DNA of 64,000 nt from positions 30,542 to 94,541 of IMG/VR virus record IMGVR_UViG_3300032308_001681. One strand, 5' to 3'. The notes below the pieces were generated by a model, which ran no database searches, was not told where the DNA came from, and worked only from the letters and a program-made list of their open reading frames with translations. Every line of letters begins with the position of its first letter. Position 1 is the first letter of the stretch. Positions 10,388-20,880 of the stretch are shown here, piece after piece. The translations under genes were made by a program, and so were the position numbers. The DNA comes from a virus.

Positions 10388-11361
10388 GCGTAGACATAGA
10401 GCAAGTTCTAGACGAACTGGGATTTGACTACACCGTTCGCGGTTCGGAGGCCAACGCCCTGTGCCCCATGCACAAAACTCGGACAGGTAAAGATGACAAC
10501 TCACCTTCTTGGTGGATAAACCTAGACAGCGGACAGCACATCTGCTTCTCTTGCCAGTACAAAGGTAACTTGTTCCACCTTATCGCTGACGTAAAACAGT
10601 TCTATCTGCCGTCATGGGGAGACATCGTTGACCACGACATCGCTGCCGCGCACGGTTGGCTGGCCTCTATTGCGGACATTTCTCCGGATAAACTTGCCGT
10701 AGCTTTCCAGCGGATACCCTCCAGAGTAGAGCAGTACGCTCCTCTTCCAGAGATGTCGGAGGCCCGCCTTGCTGTCTTCGGTTCCCCACCCCCGGACAAG
10801 CTAGAAGAACGAAATGTTTCTTGGGAGTCGGCAGCAGCGTATGAAGTTATGTGGGATGCTTCACGAGAAACTTGGGTACTTCCTTTTCGTGACCCAATTA
10901 CTGGACGCCTTCTTGGGTGGCAGGAAAAGGGGACTAAAGAGCGAACGTTTATGAACCGTCCTCCCGGGTTACCTCGTTCAAAAACGTTGTTTGGGTTATC
11001 CCAACTTCGAGACGATGTGGCGTACTTGGTCGAGTCTCCGCTTGATTGCTTACGGTTCCACACCGCGGGGTTCCCCGGGGCCCTTGCTATTTGCGGAGCC
11101 ACAATAAACGAAACCCAGATAAAGCTGATTCGTAACGCCTCTCGTATTATTGTTGCCTTTGATAACCCCAAGGTAGACGCCGCGGGTAAAGCCGCCTCCG
11201 CACAAATCAAAGAGTACGCCTTGAAATACGGACTAAACATGTCGTACTTCAACTACGGAGATACTGGCAAGAAAGACCCGGGAGACATGACCAACGAAGA
11301 GATTGCTTGGGGCGTTGAGAACTCACAGTCCTTTTTAAAGGGAGAGTCCGCCTATGTTTAA
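10384..11361 (+). CDS. dnaG: DNA primase (CHC2 zinc finger + TOPRIM)
   Basis: CPMH...CFSC zinc finger; 'LVESPLD' and 'FDN' TOPRIM motifs; GTG start overlaps helicase stop. Confidence 0.85.
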   Translation: MSVDIEQVLDELGFDYTVRGSEANALCPMHKTRTGKDDNSPSWWINLDSGQHICFSCQYKGNLFHLIADVKQFYLPSWGDIVDHDIAAAHGWLASIADISPDKLAVAFQRIPSRVEQYAPLPEMSEARLAVFGSPPPDKLEERNVSWESAAAYEVMWDASRETWVLPFRDPITGRLLGWQEKGTKERTFMNRPPGLPRSKTLFGLSQLRDDVAYLVESPLDCLRFHTAGFPGALAICGATINETQIKLIRNASRIIVAFDNPKVDAAGKAASAQIKEYALKYGLNMSYFNYGDTGKKDPGDMTNEEIAWGVENSQSFLKGESAYV

Positions 11362-12937
11362 GGGAACGCTAAAGCCGTACCAAGTAGATGCCGTACAAGA
11401 GATGGTTGACAAGAAGAAGATGCTTGTGGCGTATGAGATGGGCCTCGGAAAGACGCCAATGACTATTGCCGCCATAGAGTCTTCTGTACATACATTACCG
11501 TACGATGTGTACAAAACAACTGTTCTGGTACTCTGCTTGGCCAGCCTAAAGTACCAATGGAAGTCTGAAATCGAGAAGTTCAGTGACTCGACTGCGCTTG
11601 TCATTGACGGTACGCCCAAGCAAAGACAGGCGTTCTACGATTCGTATTACGAATACGACTACATCATCATGAACTATGAGCAAGTAGTTAATGACTGGGA
11701 TACCATAAAAACACTTGACATTTCTGCAATTGTGTGCGATGAGGCCACGGCCATCAAAGGGTTTAGAGCCAAGCGAGCTAAGAAGGTAAAAGAGCTCGCC
11801 AAAAAGATTCCAATTAGGTTTGCACTTACAGGAACTCCCATTGAGAATGGCCGTCCTGAAGAAATCTTCTCCATCATGCAATTTGTTGATGCCGATGTTC
11901 TGGGTAGGTTTGACCTCTTTGACAAGACGTTTATTGTACGTAACCACTTTGGCGGAGTTCAGCGTTACCGCAACTTACCCACGCTGCATAAAACGTTGTC
12001 TGAGTCAACCGTTAGGAAATCGCAGAAAGACCCAGACGTAGCACCGTATCTTCCTGACGCAGTGTACCGAGCCCCGCTAATGGTTCCTTTAGACAGAGCC
12101 AGTAAGTTGCTCTACAACTACATTGCCAATGACCTACAGGAGTTGTTGGTGGAGGTTAGCCAGTTGTTTGGTTCTGGGTTTAGTCTTGAACACCACTACG
12201 GTCAGGGTGGAAGTTTTGGCGACCCAGCCAATGAATACCGCGGGAAGATAATGTCACGAATCACCGCTCTTAGGATGCTCTGCTCCAACGCGTCCTTGCT
12301 AACAACCAGTTACGCGGAATTCAGCAAACAAAATGGCAAGGGAAGCGCGTATGTTCATGGCCTAGGCACAGAGGGGTTGTTAGACGGGTTAACTAAATCT
12401 CCTAAACTCGATGCCACCGTCTCATATTTAGCAGAGCACCTAGACATTGACCCTACGTACAAAGCCGTTGTGTTCTCTTCGTACCTTGGCTCCGTTGACC
12501 AGATAGTTAATCGACTAAACGCCAAAGGCTATTCAGCCGTTGCTTACACGGGAGAGATGAATGCCAAAGAAAAAGAAGCAACCAAAGTCAAATTTCAGAC
12601 TGAGGCAGAAGTACGCGTTCTTGTATCTTCGGACGCAGGGGGCTATGGAGTCGACTTGCCGCAGGCCAATCTTTTGGTCAATTACGACCAACCTTGGTCA
12701 GCAGGTCTATCTGTACAACGAAACGGAAGAATCAACCGAACGTCCTCCACTTGGCAAACAATAACTATTCAAGACATTCTCATTCAGGGTTCGATTGAAC
12801 AACGTCAATACGACACGCTTAAGCAGAAAAAGAACGTGGCCGGTGCAGTTATTGACGGTAAGGGTATAAACTCCAAAGGAGGAGTTGACCTGACAGTAGG
12901 CAGCTTGATAGAGTTTCTTAGTATCAAAATGATTTAG
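11354..12937 (+). CDS. SNF2-family helicase
   Basis: 'LKPYQ', 'EMGLGKT', 'CDEA', 'LTGTPIEN', 'GVDL', 'QRNGRINR'. Confidence 0.9.
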   Translation: MFKGTLKPYQVDAVQEMVDKKKMLVAYEMGLGKTPMTIAAIESSVHTLPYDVYKTTVLVLCLASLKYQWKSEIEKFSDSTALVIDGTPKQRQAFYDSYYEYDYIIMNYEQVVNDWDTIKTLDISAIVCDEATAIKGFRAKRAKKVKELAKKIPIRFALTGTPIENGRPEEIFSIMQFVDADVLGRFDLFDKTFIVRNHFGGVQRYRNLPTLHKTLSESTVRKSQKDPDVAPYLPDAVYRAPLMVPLDRASKLLYNYIANDLQELLVEVSQLFGSGFSLEHHYGQGGSFGDPANEYRGKIMSRITALRMLCSNASLLTTSYAEFSKQNGKGSAYVHGLGTEGLLDGLTKSPKLDATVSYLAEHLDIDPTYKAVVFSSYLGSVDQIVNRLNAKGYSAVAYTGEMNAKEKEATKVKFQTEAEVRVLVSSDAGGYGVDLPQANLLVNYDQPWSAGLSVQRNGRINRTSSTWQTITIQDILIQGSIEQRQYDTLKQKKNVAGAVIDGKGINSKGGVDLTVGSLIEFLSIKMI

Positions 12938-12947
12938 GAGGGTATCC

Positions 12948-13391
12948 ATGGCTAACGCAATTCCAGAGGAGCAGGTCCGGTTTACCGACCCTGACAGCCT
13001 TGAAGCGCAGGTGCGCGAGTACGTAAAAGTCAAGTCTACAATTGAGACGATGGAGGCTCGACAGAAGGTTCTGCGCGAAGCCTTGTTTGCCCGTCTTGAT
13101 GAGGATGGCTACGAAGACGACAAGGGTAACGTCCTTATTGAGTTTGACGCAGAGATTGACGGCGTTGTTCGGATTGAAAAGAACCGCCGAGTTCAACGAA
13201 AGCTAGATGAGAGCATTGCTGACGAGATTATTGCTGAACACGGCCTCGAAGATGCGGTTTACGAGATGAAGCGCGTAATCAATGAAGACGCGCTTATGGC
13301 TTCTATGTACGATGGCAAGGTAACCGAAGAAGAAATTGACCGGATGTTTCCGGCCAAGGTTATCTGGGCACTCGTTACAAAGAAGAAGTAA
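12948..13391 (+). CDS. hypothetical protein
   Basis: SD AGGAGG, 147 aa, in operon. Confidence 0.7.
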   Translation: MANAIPEEQVRFTDPDSLEAQVREYVKVKSTIETMEARQKVLREALFARLDEDGYEDDKGNVLIEFDAEIDGVVRIEKNRRVQRKLDESIADEIIAEHGLEDAVYEMKRVINEDALMASMYDGKVTEEEIDRMFPAKVIWALVTKKK

Positions 13392-13873
13392 TGGCTGGCT
13401 TACGTAGCGAAGAAGAGATTCTCAAAGCATTTGAGGGTCTTGACAAGGTTCCGGGGTCAAAGAAACCTCGACGAAGCAGCACTGAAGCTGCAGACCGTCG
13501 ACGGGCAAAAGCCTACGGAGAATCAAACGGTTGGGATGAACGTCCTACCATCAAGGTTCTTCAAGGAGTGGAGACTGAAATCTTTACCATCGGCGCGTTA
13601 GCACACGCGTTGGAGAAAAAGATTGTCACAATCCGCTTGTGGGAGAATAAGGGGTATATCCCTATCGCTCCTTATCGTTTGCGTTCAAAGACGCTTCAAG
13701 GTAAAAAGGTAAACGGGAATCGCGTGTATACTCGTGACCTGATTGAAATTGCCATTGAAGAGTTTAACCGACGTGGACTTCTTGGCTCTTCTCGTATAGA
13801 GTGGAGTCAACACGGGGACTTGACTGAGACGCTAGTGCGTCGCTGGAAAGAGTCCGTGCACCGAGAGCAGTAA
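13391..13873 (+). CDS. MerR-like HTH DNA-binding protein
   Basis: 'FTIGALAHAL...VTIRLWENKGYIP...GNRVYT'. Confidence 0.75.
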   Translation: MAGLRSEEEILKAFEGLDKVPGSKKPRRSSTEAADRRRAKAYGESNGWDERPTIKVLQGVETEIFTIGALAHALEKKIVTIRLWENKGYIPIAPYRLRSKTLQGKKVNGNRVYTRDLIEIAIEEFNRRGLLGSSRIEWSQHGDLTETLVRRWKESVHREQ

Positions 13874-13921
13874 TGCCTCACATCCAACCGAGTGCGTAAG
13901 CCTCATTACCAAAGGAACAAA

Positions 13922-14587
13922 ATGCAGAACCCCACCATGGATGCCACAGATTACGACATCCCCATCGCCCTTGCGGAGGACGCGCCTGACGCGGCTCCCA
14001 AGCACGGCACTTCCGTCCAGTCTGGATGGGGAGCAGCCGACGCTCTTCTGAAGCCCGCGCGGGACAAGGGAGACTACCCGAACGATTTCCGTTTCAGCGA
14101 CTCGGCCCAGTTGGTCCGTTTCCTTGAGAACGAGCCGTTCTCTGTGTACTACCAGCACTGGCTTGACCGCACTGAGGGAAAGCGTTCGTTCGTTTGCCTC
14201 GGCGACCAGTGCCCGTTGTGCGACATCCTTGGCGACAAGCCTCGTGGCAAGTTCGCCTTTAACGTTCTCGTTGTAAGTGACGAGAATCCAACTGTCCAGA
14301 TTCTCACTGCTCCGCCGATGTTCGCTCGTCAGCTCCGTGCTGCAAACGACGACGCTCGTCGCGGTCCTTTGAGCAAGTACTACTGGTCAATCTCTCGGCA
14401 GGGAACCGGGCCCCAGACCACGTACGGCCTTGAGCGTGTACGTGCGACCGACCTTGCCGATGAGTGGGAGCTCGATGCTGAGAAGCTCGATGCGCTCGCG
14501 CAGGAAGCCGTAATGTACGGCCCTGAAACAGTCTACGTAACCCCTCGCGAAGAACTGCTTCAGATTGCGCGTTCGCTCGTAAGCTAA
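13922..14587 (+). CDS. single-stranded DNA-binding protein (gp32-like)
   Basis: 'QHW...SFVCLGDQCPLC...FNVL...ISRQGTG..TTY'; precedes DNA polymerase. Confidence 0.65.
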   Translation: MQNPTMDATDYDIPIALAEDAPDAAPKHGTSVQSGWGAADALLKPARDKGDYPNDFRFSDSAQLVRFLENEPFSVYYQHWLDRTEGKRSFVCLGDQCPLCDILGDKPRGKFAFNVLVVSDENPTVQILTAPPMFARQLRAANDDARRGPLSKYYWSISRQGTGPQTTYGLERVRATDLADEWELDAEKLDALAQEAVMYGPETVYVTPREELLQIARSLVS

Positions 14588-14597
14588 CCCACTCCAC

Positions 14598-14637
14598 GGG
14601 GGCTGAGATGTCTTATCCTTTCTTCATCTCAGCCCCC
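14598..14637 (+). promoter_or_regulatory. 13-bp stem-loop upstream of the DNA polymerase gene
   Basis: GGGGGCTGAGATG / CATCTCAGCCCCC inverted repeat. Confidence 0.6.
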
Positions 14638-14660
14638 CCTTCATCATCTGAGGGGATGGT

Positions 14661-16664
14661 ATGAACATAATTACAACTGAAGCTCAGTTGCAGGAATTCG
14701 TCGACGCCTATTCAAAGGTCGACGCATTTGCATTTGACGTAGAGACCATCGGCGAGAACCGCATCTACCCCATCATCAATGACGTGTGCTGGATTTCGTT
14801 TGCCATTGAAGGCCGTGTAGACGTCATTCCAATGGGACATCCTAACGGTTCGTTCTTGTTTCACACCAAGCCCGTCTTGCTTGAGGGCAAGCGCCGAATT
14901 GCTGCAGGCAAGCCGTTAACTGACGCGCACTATTCAAAGAACTCTAAATTGTGGGTACCTGTCTTTGATGATGCTCCGGCGCAACTTACTCCAGCACAGG
15001 TATTCCGGGCGATTGAACCGCTCATGTTTTCTGACGCACTCAAGATTGGTCATAACGTAAAGTTTGATTTGAAGTCTGTTGCCAAGTATTTCCGTGGACG
15101 AGTCCCTACAAAGCCCTTCTTTGACACTCTCATGGCCTCCTTTATTGCCAATAACCTCACAAAGAATAACCTTGGCCTTGCCGCGTGTGTTAAGCGCGAA
15201 CTCAGCATAGATGTAGAGAAAGGTGTAGGAGCCAACGTGGCTGAGCACTCCTTCGAGGATGTTGCGAAGTACTCCGGCATTGATGCAGAAGTTACGTGGA
15301 AGTTGTACAAAAAGCTTGCCCCACAATTGGTGGGTTCACTGGCCCGTGTTTGGAAACTCGAGATGGATGTCCTTGCGGCCCTCTGCGACATGGAGCAGGC
15401 CGGAGCTTACATTGACGAGGCTCAGCTAGATTCTCTGGCGGAGCAGATTAGCGCGGATAAGCAAGCTGCAGAAGCTCGGGCTTACAAGATTGTTGGCAAG
15501 GCTTTCTCGATTAACTCCATACCCGAGAAGCAACGTCTTTTGTTTACAGAGATTGACGGAAACAAGCCTCGTATTAAACCAAACGTAAACATCCCGACAT
15601 CGCTTACACCAAAGGGCAAGGATGCCAAACGTGCCGGAGAAGAGTTGGTTCCGGCGTACTTCTCAGTATCAGCAGACGCGCTTGAGTTTCACCGGGGTAA
15701 GGACGCTCTTGTTGACGCTCTCTTAGAATACCAAGACCTCAACAAGTTGATGACTACGTACGTTACTCCGTACAAAGGCGGTTCGGTTAAGCACGTCACT
15801 AACGGTAAAGAAAAGATTACTGAGCGTAAGAGCCTTCTCATCAATGGGCGTGTCCACACAAACTTTAAAGCTCATGGGGCAGAGACTGGCCGGTTCTCTT
15901 CTAGTGAGCCCAACTTGCAAAACATCCCCTCATCAGGGAAGTACGGCAAGTTAATCCGAAACCTGTTCATTGCTCCTCCGGGGTGCAAACTTATTGTTGC
16001 CGACTACTCGCAGATTGAGCCGCGAGTTATTGCCGCATTTTCGCAAGACCCAATCATGGTAGAAAACTACCTTAATGGTGGGGACATCTACACCACCATT
16101 GGTGACACTATGGGAGTCGACCGTAAGGCTGGGAAGGTGCTTGTGCTTGCCATCTCGTACGGCGTAGGCCCAGACAAGATTGCCTCCAGCATTGGGTGTA
16201 GCGTAACGCAAGCGCGTGACCTGCTTAAAAACTTTGAGCAGCGGTTCCGCAACATCCCTCTGTACAAGGCTCGAGTAGTCGCACTGGCACGTAACCGTTC
16301 TCCAGTACCTTTTGTCGAAACTATCTTCGGACGTCGTCGGTATATCCCCGAGCTGACCACCGCCACTGAGCGTGGACTAATCTCGCGTGCCGAACGGCAG
16401 GCCTTCAACACGGTCATCCAAGGTTCGGCTGCAGACATCATGAAGTTGGCCATCGCCCGCGCACACTCTTGCTTTATAGACGAGCCGGATATAAATGTTG
16501 TACTTACTGTACACGACGAGTTGGTTACTATTTGCCCCGAGGACCGGGCCGAAGAGGCGGCAGAGGCTATCCGCGTGTCCATGGAAGGAATACATCTTAA
16601 GGAGATTACACTTCCATTAAAGGCAGAAGTATACATTGTAGACAAATGGGGAGAGGCAAAGTGA
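14661..16664 (+). CDS. polA: DNA polymerase family A with 3'-5' exonuclease
   Basis: Exo 'FDVET', 'GHNVKFD'; 'TGRFSSSEPNLQNIP', motif A 'DYSQIEPR', motif B 'K...LAISYG', motif C 'VHDE'. Confidence 0.95.
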   Translation: MNIITTEAQLQEFVDAYSKVDAFAFDVETIGENRIYPIINDVCWISFAIEGRVDVIPMGHPNGSFLFHTKPVLLEGKRRIAAGKPLTDAHYSKNSKLWVPVFDDAPAQLTPAQVFRAIEPLMFSDALKIGHNVKFDLKSVAKYFRGRVPTKPFFDTLMASFIANNLTKNNLGLAACVKRELSIDVEKGVGANVAEHSFEDVAKYSGIDAEVTWKLYKKLAPQLVGSLARVWKLEMDVLAALCDMEQAGAYIDEAQLDSLAEQISADKQAAEARAYKIVGKAFSINSIPEKQRLLFTEIDGNKPRIKPNVNIPTSLTPKGKDAKRAGEELVPAYFSVSADALEFHRGKDALVDALLEYQDLNKLMTTYVTPYKGGSVKHVTNGKEKITERKSLLINGRVHTNFKAHGAETGRFSSSEPNLQNIPSSGKYGKLIRNLFIAPPGCKLIVADYSQIEPRVIAAFSQDPIMVENYLNGGDIYTTIGDTMGVDRKAGKVLVLAISYGVGPDKIASSIGCSVTQARDLLKNFEQRFRNIPLYKARVVALARNRSPVPFVETIFGRRRYIPELTTATERGLISRAERQAFNTVIQGSAADIMKLAIARAHSCFIDEPDINVVLTVHDELVTICPEDRAEEAAEAIRVSMEGIHLKEITLPLKAEVYIVDKWGEAK

Positions 16665-17113
16665 GCTTAAGAAGAAGACCACCATCTCCTAATTTTTCTT
16701 TGACCGAGATTACTTCCCGCATCCGAGGGTTTATTTTAGATTCCCAAGTTAATGAGGCCGACCACATAAGCGGTCTTCTCGGGTGCCCACCAACTAGCGA
16801 TGAGGTTGCCGACAAAGAATCCGATGAAAGCAATATCCGGATGTCTCGTGTAGAGCACCTTATTCCCATCATGTACATGTACGCAAAGACAATGGCTGAT
16901 GGCGTTGTAGACCACCAGCGCACCCACGCTGAAGCCGAACTCGATGACGAAGACCTCAACGGAATGAACGCTGCTGCTTGGGCAGCAACTCGGAAGGCGT
17001 TTACCCACGTTGCTTTGAATACCCTTATGGGAGCCGTATCTCAAATGGTGGATATGGGATACCTTAACCTCGAACCGGAAAAGAAGAGGAAGTCAAGATG
17101 GAAGAACCGTTAA
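16661..17113 (+). CDS. hypothetical protein
   Basis: GTG overlapping polA stop. Confidence 0.65.
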   Translation: MSLRRRPPSPNFSLTEITSRIRGFILDSQVNEADHISGLLGCPPTSDEVADKESDESNIRMSRVEHLIPIMYMYAKTMADGVVDHQRTHAEAELDDEDLNGMNAAAWAATRKAFTHVALNTLMGAVSQMVDMGYLNLEPEKKRKSRWKNR

Positions 17114-17367
17114 AGAAGACTATGACTTACGAGGAAAAGTTTGACATTGCTATTGCCAAACTAAAAAAGATGTCAGACAAACATCCCGCTATGGTCTGGT
17201 ACTCAGAGGCAAAGTTTTTGTACTCATTGCTACCGGAATTGGTTGCAATGCTTGAGCTGGGTAAGCAGTACAACATCGATAGTTTTACTTTTGAAGAAGA
17301 CATCGCTGCTCATTGGGAGCACATTCAATTTGTCAATAAAGTTGTAGGAGAAAAAATCAGTGAATAA
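17098..17367 (+). CDS. hypothetical protein
   Basis: ORF fills the operon gap. Confidence 0.55.
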   Translation: MEEPLKKTMTYEEKFDIAIAKLKKMSDKHPAMVWYSEAKFLYSLLPELVAMLELGKQYNIDSFTFEEDIAAHWEHIQFVNKVVGEKISE

Positions 17368-17737
17368 CGCAGACTGGTGGGCTAAGAAGTTAGGTCAACA
17401 GGCTCCAACACCACAACCCCGGCAAGACCCAACTCCCCAAGCGCCCATAAGCCAGCAACCCATGGCGCAAATGCCGCAGCTCCAACGACCTTCGAGTGAA
17501 AGGGCCCAAAGTGCAGCACAAACGGCTTCATGTCCTGATTGTGGGTCTGGTAACTACATGTCAGTGGCTAATACTGCTCCCCGTTGTTTTGATTGCGGTT
17601 ACCCTCTGGAGCAGTCTGGCTCTCGTTACGGCTCTCTTGCTGGCGCTCACGTCGAAGGGGCTGCGCGCTCGGCGGCAGGAAACAACCCCGTTAGTAACTG
17701 GAACCCCCAAGGCATCATTGGAAGGATTGGCGAATAA
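17360..17737 (+). CDS. zinc-ribbon protein
   Basis: CPDCGS...CFDCGY. Confidence 0.65.
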   Translation: MNNADWWAKKLGQQAPTPQPRQDPTPQAPISQQPMAQMPQLQRPSSERAQSAAQTASCPDCGSGNYMSVANTAPRCFDCGYPLEQSGSRYGSLAGAHVEGAARSAAGNNPVSNWNPQGIIGRIGE

Positions 17738-18144
17738 TGGGTAAGGCATTTTCAAACTTTGACATTGACTTAAAGTTTGGTCAACTCGGCGAAGCGTATG
17801 TTGAAGAGGTTTTTACCGGCGGGTTTAAAAGTGAAGTAAAGACTGACCGTCGTTGGAGAGACACCAACAATATTTACGTTGAAACCCGTTGCTGGAAAAA
17901 CGCAACTCGAACATGGGAAGCTTCAGGGGTATACGCCCCGACGCTCGAGGCAGAGATTTTTACGTACAATCTTGATGGCATGTTAATCTGTGTTCCAATC
18001 GAGTCGTTTATTTATACCGTAGAAAATCACGGTCGACCGATTACTTGCGACATCGAGCCCAACCCAAGTGAGGGCGTTTTGCTTACGGTTTCTGAAATTG
18101 CACGAGGACACCGAGAATGGATTAGGGATAATGACAATGATTAA
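17737..18144 (+). CDS. PD-(D/E)xK-like nuclease-fold protein
   Basis: 'G..GE..V', 'EVKTD...T.NIYVE'. Confidence 0.55.
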   Translation: MGKAFSNFDIDLKFGQLGEAYVEEVFTGGFKSEVKTDRRWRDTNNIYVETRCWKNATRTWEASGVYAPTLEAEIFTYNLDGMLICVPIESFIYTVENHGRPITCDIEPNPSEGVLLTVSEIARGHREWIRDNDND

Positions 18145-19183
18145 CGCTGAAGCACGAAAGATTATGCTTGCCATCAATAAGCGGTTTGGCGAGAATGTTG
18201 TAGTAGTTGGTGAAGACATCCGTGCGGGTCTTATCTCCAAAATTACAACAGGGTCTACGACGTTTGACTATGTTCTCGGTGGAGGATTCCCCGGCAACCA
18301 GTGGAACGAACTCATTGGAGAAGCCAGCCACGGAAAGACCGCCATTGCGCTCAAGTGCATCGCCGCTAATCAAGCGTTGAACCCTGAGCACACCACGGTG
18401 TGGGTCGCGGCTGAGCAGTGGGTTCCTGAGTACGCCGCGATGTGCGGTGTCGACACCAGCCGCGTCATTGTTGTTGAAACTAACATTATGGAAGAGGCAT
18501 ACCAAGCAGTCATTGAGTTCGCCAAGTCCAAAGCAGTGGACGCCATTGTTATTGACTCGCTTCCGGCGCTGGTTCCTCAGCCCGAGATGGACAAGACAAT
18601 GGATGAGATGACTGTTGGTCGTGGAGCCCTGCTTACCAACAAGTTCTTCCGTGTAGTGGGGGATGCCATGAAGCGCAGTCTCATTGAAGAAGAGCGCCCA
18701 GTTCTGGGACTTATTATTAATCAGTACCGTATGAAGATTGGCGTCATGCACGGCGACCCTCGTACGACACCCGGTGGACAGGGCAAGGACTACGCTTTCT
18801 TTACCCGCTCTGAGATTCGTCGCGATGAGTGGATTGAGACGGGTTCCGGAAACAACAAAGTACGCGTAGGTCAGCGAATCAAGATTCGTACGATAAAGAA
18901 CAAGGTCGCCCCGCCTCAGCAGGTTGCGTACATTGACTATTACTTCAAGAACCACAGCATCTACTCCGCAGGTGATTACGATTTTGCCAAGGAAATTGCG
19001 GCAATGGTGATTGTCAAGGGAATTGTAGACCGCAAGGGCGGTTGGATATACTACGGTGAGCGCAAGTGGAATGGCCAAGAGGCATTGGTATCTTCTATTC
19101 GTGAAGAGGTAGACTTCATGGAAGAACTTCGTGAAAAAATTCTAGATACACCCGACAGCATTATGGAGGCAGTTAATGACTAA
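18131..19183 (+). CDS. recA: RecA-like recombinase
   Basis: 'LGGGFP', Walker A GEASHGKT, 'VIDSL.AL.P', 'INQYR.KIGVMHGDP.TTPGG', 'KNKVAPP'. Confidence 0.95.
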   Translation: MTMINAEARKIMLAINKRFGENVVVVGEDIRAGLISKITTGSTTFDYVLGGGFPGNQWNELIGEASHGKTAIALKCIAANQALNPEHTTVWVAAEQWVPEYAAMCGVDTSRVIVVETNIMEEAYQAVIEFAKSKAVDAIVIDSLPALVPQPEMDKTMDEMTVGRGALLTNKFFRVVGDAMKRSLIEEERPVLGLIINQYRMKIGVMHGDPRTTPGGQGKDYAFFTRSEIRRDEWIETGSGNNKVRVGQRIKIRTIKNKVAPPQQVAYIDYYFKNHSIYSAGDYDFAKEIAAMVIVKGIVDRKGGWIYYGERKWNGQEALVSSIREEVDFMEELREKILDTPDSIMEAVND

Positions 19184-19415
19184 AGACTTTGTAATCAACG
19201 ATGTTGAGTGGGCAAAGGTACTCGAATTCCAGTACGAGGTGTACATGGAGGCTTGTTTTGAATCTTTAGACGCGGATGCTGATGATGAGCCTTTTGAGAC
19301 TCTTTCTGGAGAACCGTTTTGTGGTTGCAACACCTGCACAACCCGAGAGACGCTGTTCTTTTTTACCCCCCGCCTTCTTAAGGCAGCCGATGAGGGCAAG
19401 GTTGAGCTTGCGTAG
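19176..19415 (+). CDS. hypothetical protein (CGCxxC motif)
   Basis: 79-aa ORF coupled to neighbours. Confidence 0.6.
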   Translation: MTKDFVINDVEWAKVLEFQYEVYMEACFESLDADADDEPFETLSGEPFCGCNTCTTRETLFFFTPRLLKAADEGKVELA

Positions 19416-19722
19416 CGAAGGCCAAAAACAATCACAGGCGCACGAGAAACGTATTGCCAAAGCAATCGGAGGCAGCACTACTGCTGCCTCCGGTGCTTTT
19501 TGGAGCCGTAAAGGCGACGTGCGCAACGCTGATTTGTTGATTGAGCATAAGTGGACAGGCAAAAAAACTAAAACAATTAGTTCTGTTGAATTAAAGAAGA
19601 TAACTCTTGAAGCCATCATGGATGGTCGGTTACCTGTATTTGGCATCCATCTAGACGGAGAAGACTACGTCATCCTTCTGGAAACTGATTTTCTAGAAAT
19701 GTGGAACAAGCATGAAGGATGA
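19402..19722 (+). CDS. Holliday junction resolvase-like PD-(D/E)xK nuclease
   Basis: 'HEKRIAK...SGA...KGDV....LIEHK'; start codon uncertain. Confidence 0.7.
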   Translation: MSLRSEGQKQSQAHEKRIAKAIGGSTTAASGAFWSRKGDVRNADLLIEHKWTGKKTKTISSVELKKITLEAIMDGRLPVFGIHLDGEDYVILLETDFLEMWNKHEG

Positions 19723-20026
19723 AACGTGGCGCGAACGCGCACGGTGTTCTGGAATAGACACGGAGTTATTCTTCCCTCCTAGGGATAAAAATAAGTACAA
19801 AGACATTGCTACACAGGCCAAGGCCTACTGCTTTGGCGCAAATGGGAACACCCCCTGCCCAGTTCTTAAAGAGTGCTTGTGGTATGCGATAGACTCAGAC
19901 GAGGTTCATGGCATCTGGGGCGGCATGAGCCATAGGGAAAGAAACGCTCTTGTAAGAAAGTGGAAGAAGTCTCCACAAGGAATGACCTTGCAGGAGTACA
20001 TCATGAATCCAGAAAGAGGGAAATAA
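19712..20026 (+). CDS. whiB: WhiB-family transcription factor
   Basis: W..RA.C...FFP...AK.YC...CPV..EC...GIWGG. Confidence 0.9.
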   Translation: MKDETWRERARCSGIDTELFFPPRDKNKYKDIATQAKAYCFGANGNTPCPVLKECLWYAIDSDEVHGIWGGMSHRERNALVRKWKKSPQGMTLQEYIMNPERGK

Positions 20027-20880
20027 TGCCAGAGCCAAAGTCAGACTTGCGTAAATTCTTAGACGCAAAAGCCCGCCCATCTCGAGTTATGGGGGACATT
20101 GAGCGCCACCTTATGGCAAAGCCACCGGGTGACCGGTCTACCACCGTCCTTCACCCCTCCGAAATTATTAAGCGAGACTGGTGTAAGCGTGCTTCGTACT
20201 TCTTGCTGAACGGTGTACCAAAGGTACACGAGAAGATTCCTCTTCGACTTCAGTCCATCTTTGATGAAGGACACGCCATTCACTCTAAGTGGCAACGCTG
20301 GTTTCAAGAAATGGGTGTACTTCACGGACAGTTTCTTTGTTTGGTGTGTGACAAGGTAACTTTGGGAACTTCCCCAAAAGAGTGCGTGCACTGTGACGCC
20401 CCATGGGCAAAGTTGATTTACAACGAAGTAACCCTCCGCGACGAAGAACTGCGCATTGCAGGCCACACCGACGGCTGGCTAAAGGGTATGGGCGATGATT
20501 GTCTTATTGAGATTAAGTCCATTGGTCCGGGCACCATCCGCGTAGAGGCTCCCAGCCTGATGCAGGATGCTGGCGGAGACTTTATGAAGGCATGGGGCAA
20601 CGTCCGTCGCCCGTTCTCTCCGCACATTCTTCAGGGGCAGGTGTACCTCGAGCTTATGCGTCGAATGGGTAACCCTGTAGAAGAGATTGTGTTTATCTAC
20701 GAACTCAAGGCCGACCAGTCCTCGAAAGAGTTCACTATAAAAAGAGACTATGAACTTGTTCGCCATGTGTTTGATGGCGCAGAGAAAGTTCTAAAAGCAA
20801 TCGACGCTGGAGTTGCCCCCGTATGTTCTAACAATTTGGGAGGAACCTGCAAGCAGTGCGCTCCCTACGAGGAGGTCTGA
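20026..20880 (+). CDS. Cas4-like/PD-(D/E)xK exonuclease
   Basis: 'HPSE...C', 'GHAIH', 'GHTDG', 'IEIKS', 'Q..VY', C-terminal C...CxxC. Confidence 0.85.
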   Translation: MPEPKSDLRKFLDAKARPSRVMGDIERHLMAKPPGDRSTTVLHPSEIIKRDWCKRASYFLLNGVPKVHEKIPLRLQSIFDEGHAIHSKWQRWFQEMGVLHGQFLCLVCDKVTLGTSPKECVHCDAPWAKLIYNEVTLRDEELRIAGHTDGWLKGMGDDCLIEIKSIGPGTIRVEAPSLMQDAGGDFMKAWGNVRRPFSPHILQGQVYLELMRRMGNPVEEIVFIYELKADQSSKEFTIKRDYELVRHVFDGAEKVLKAIDAGVAPVCSNNLGGTCKQCAPYEEV

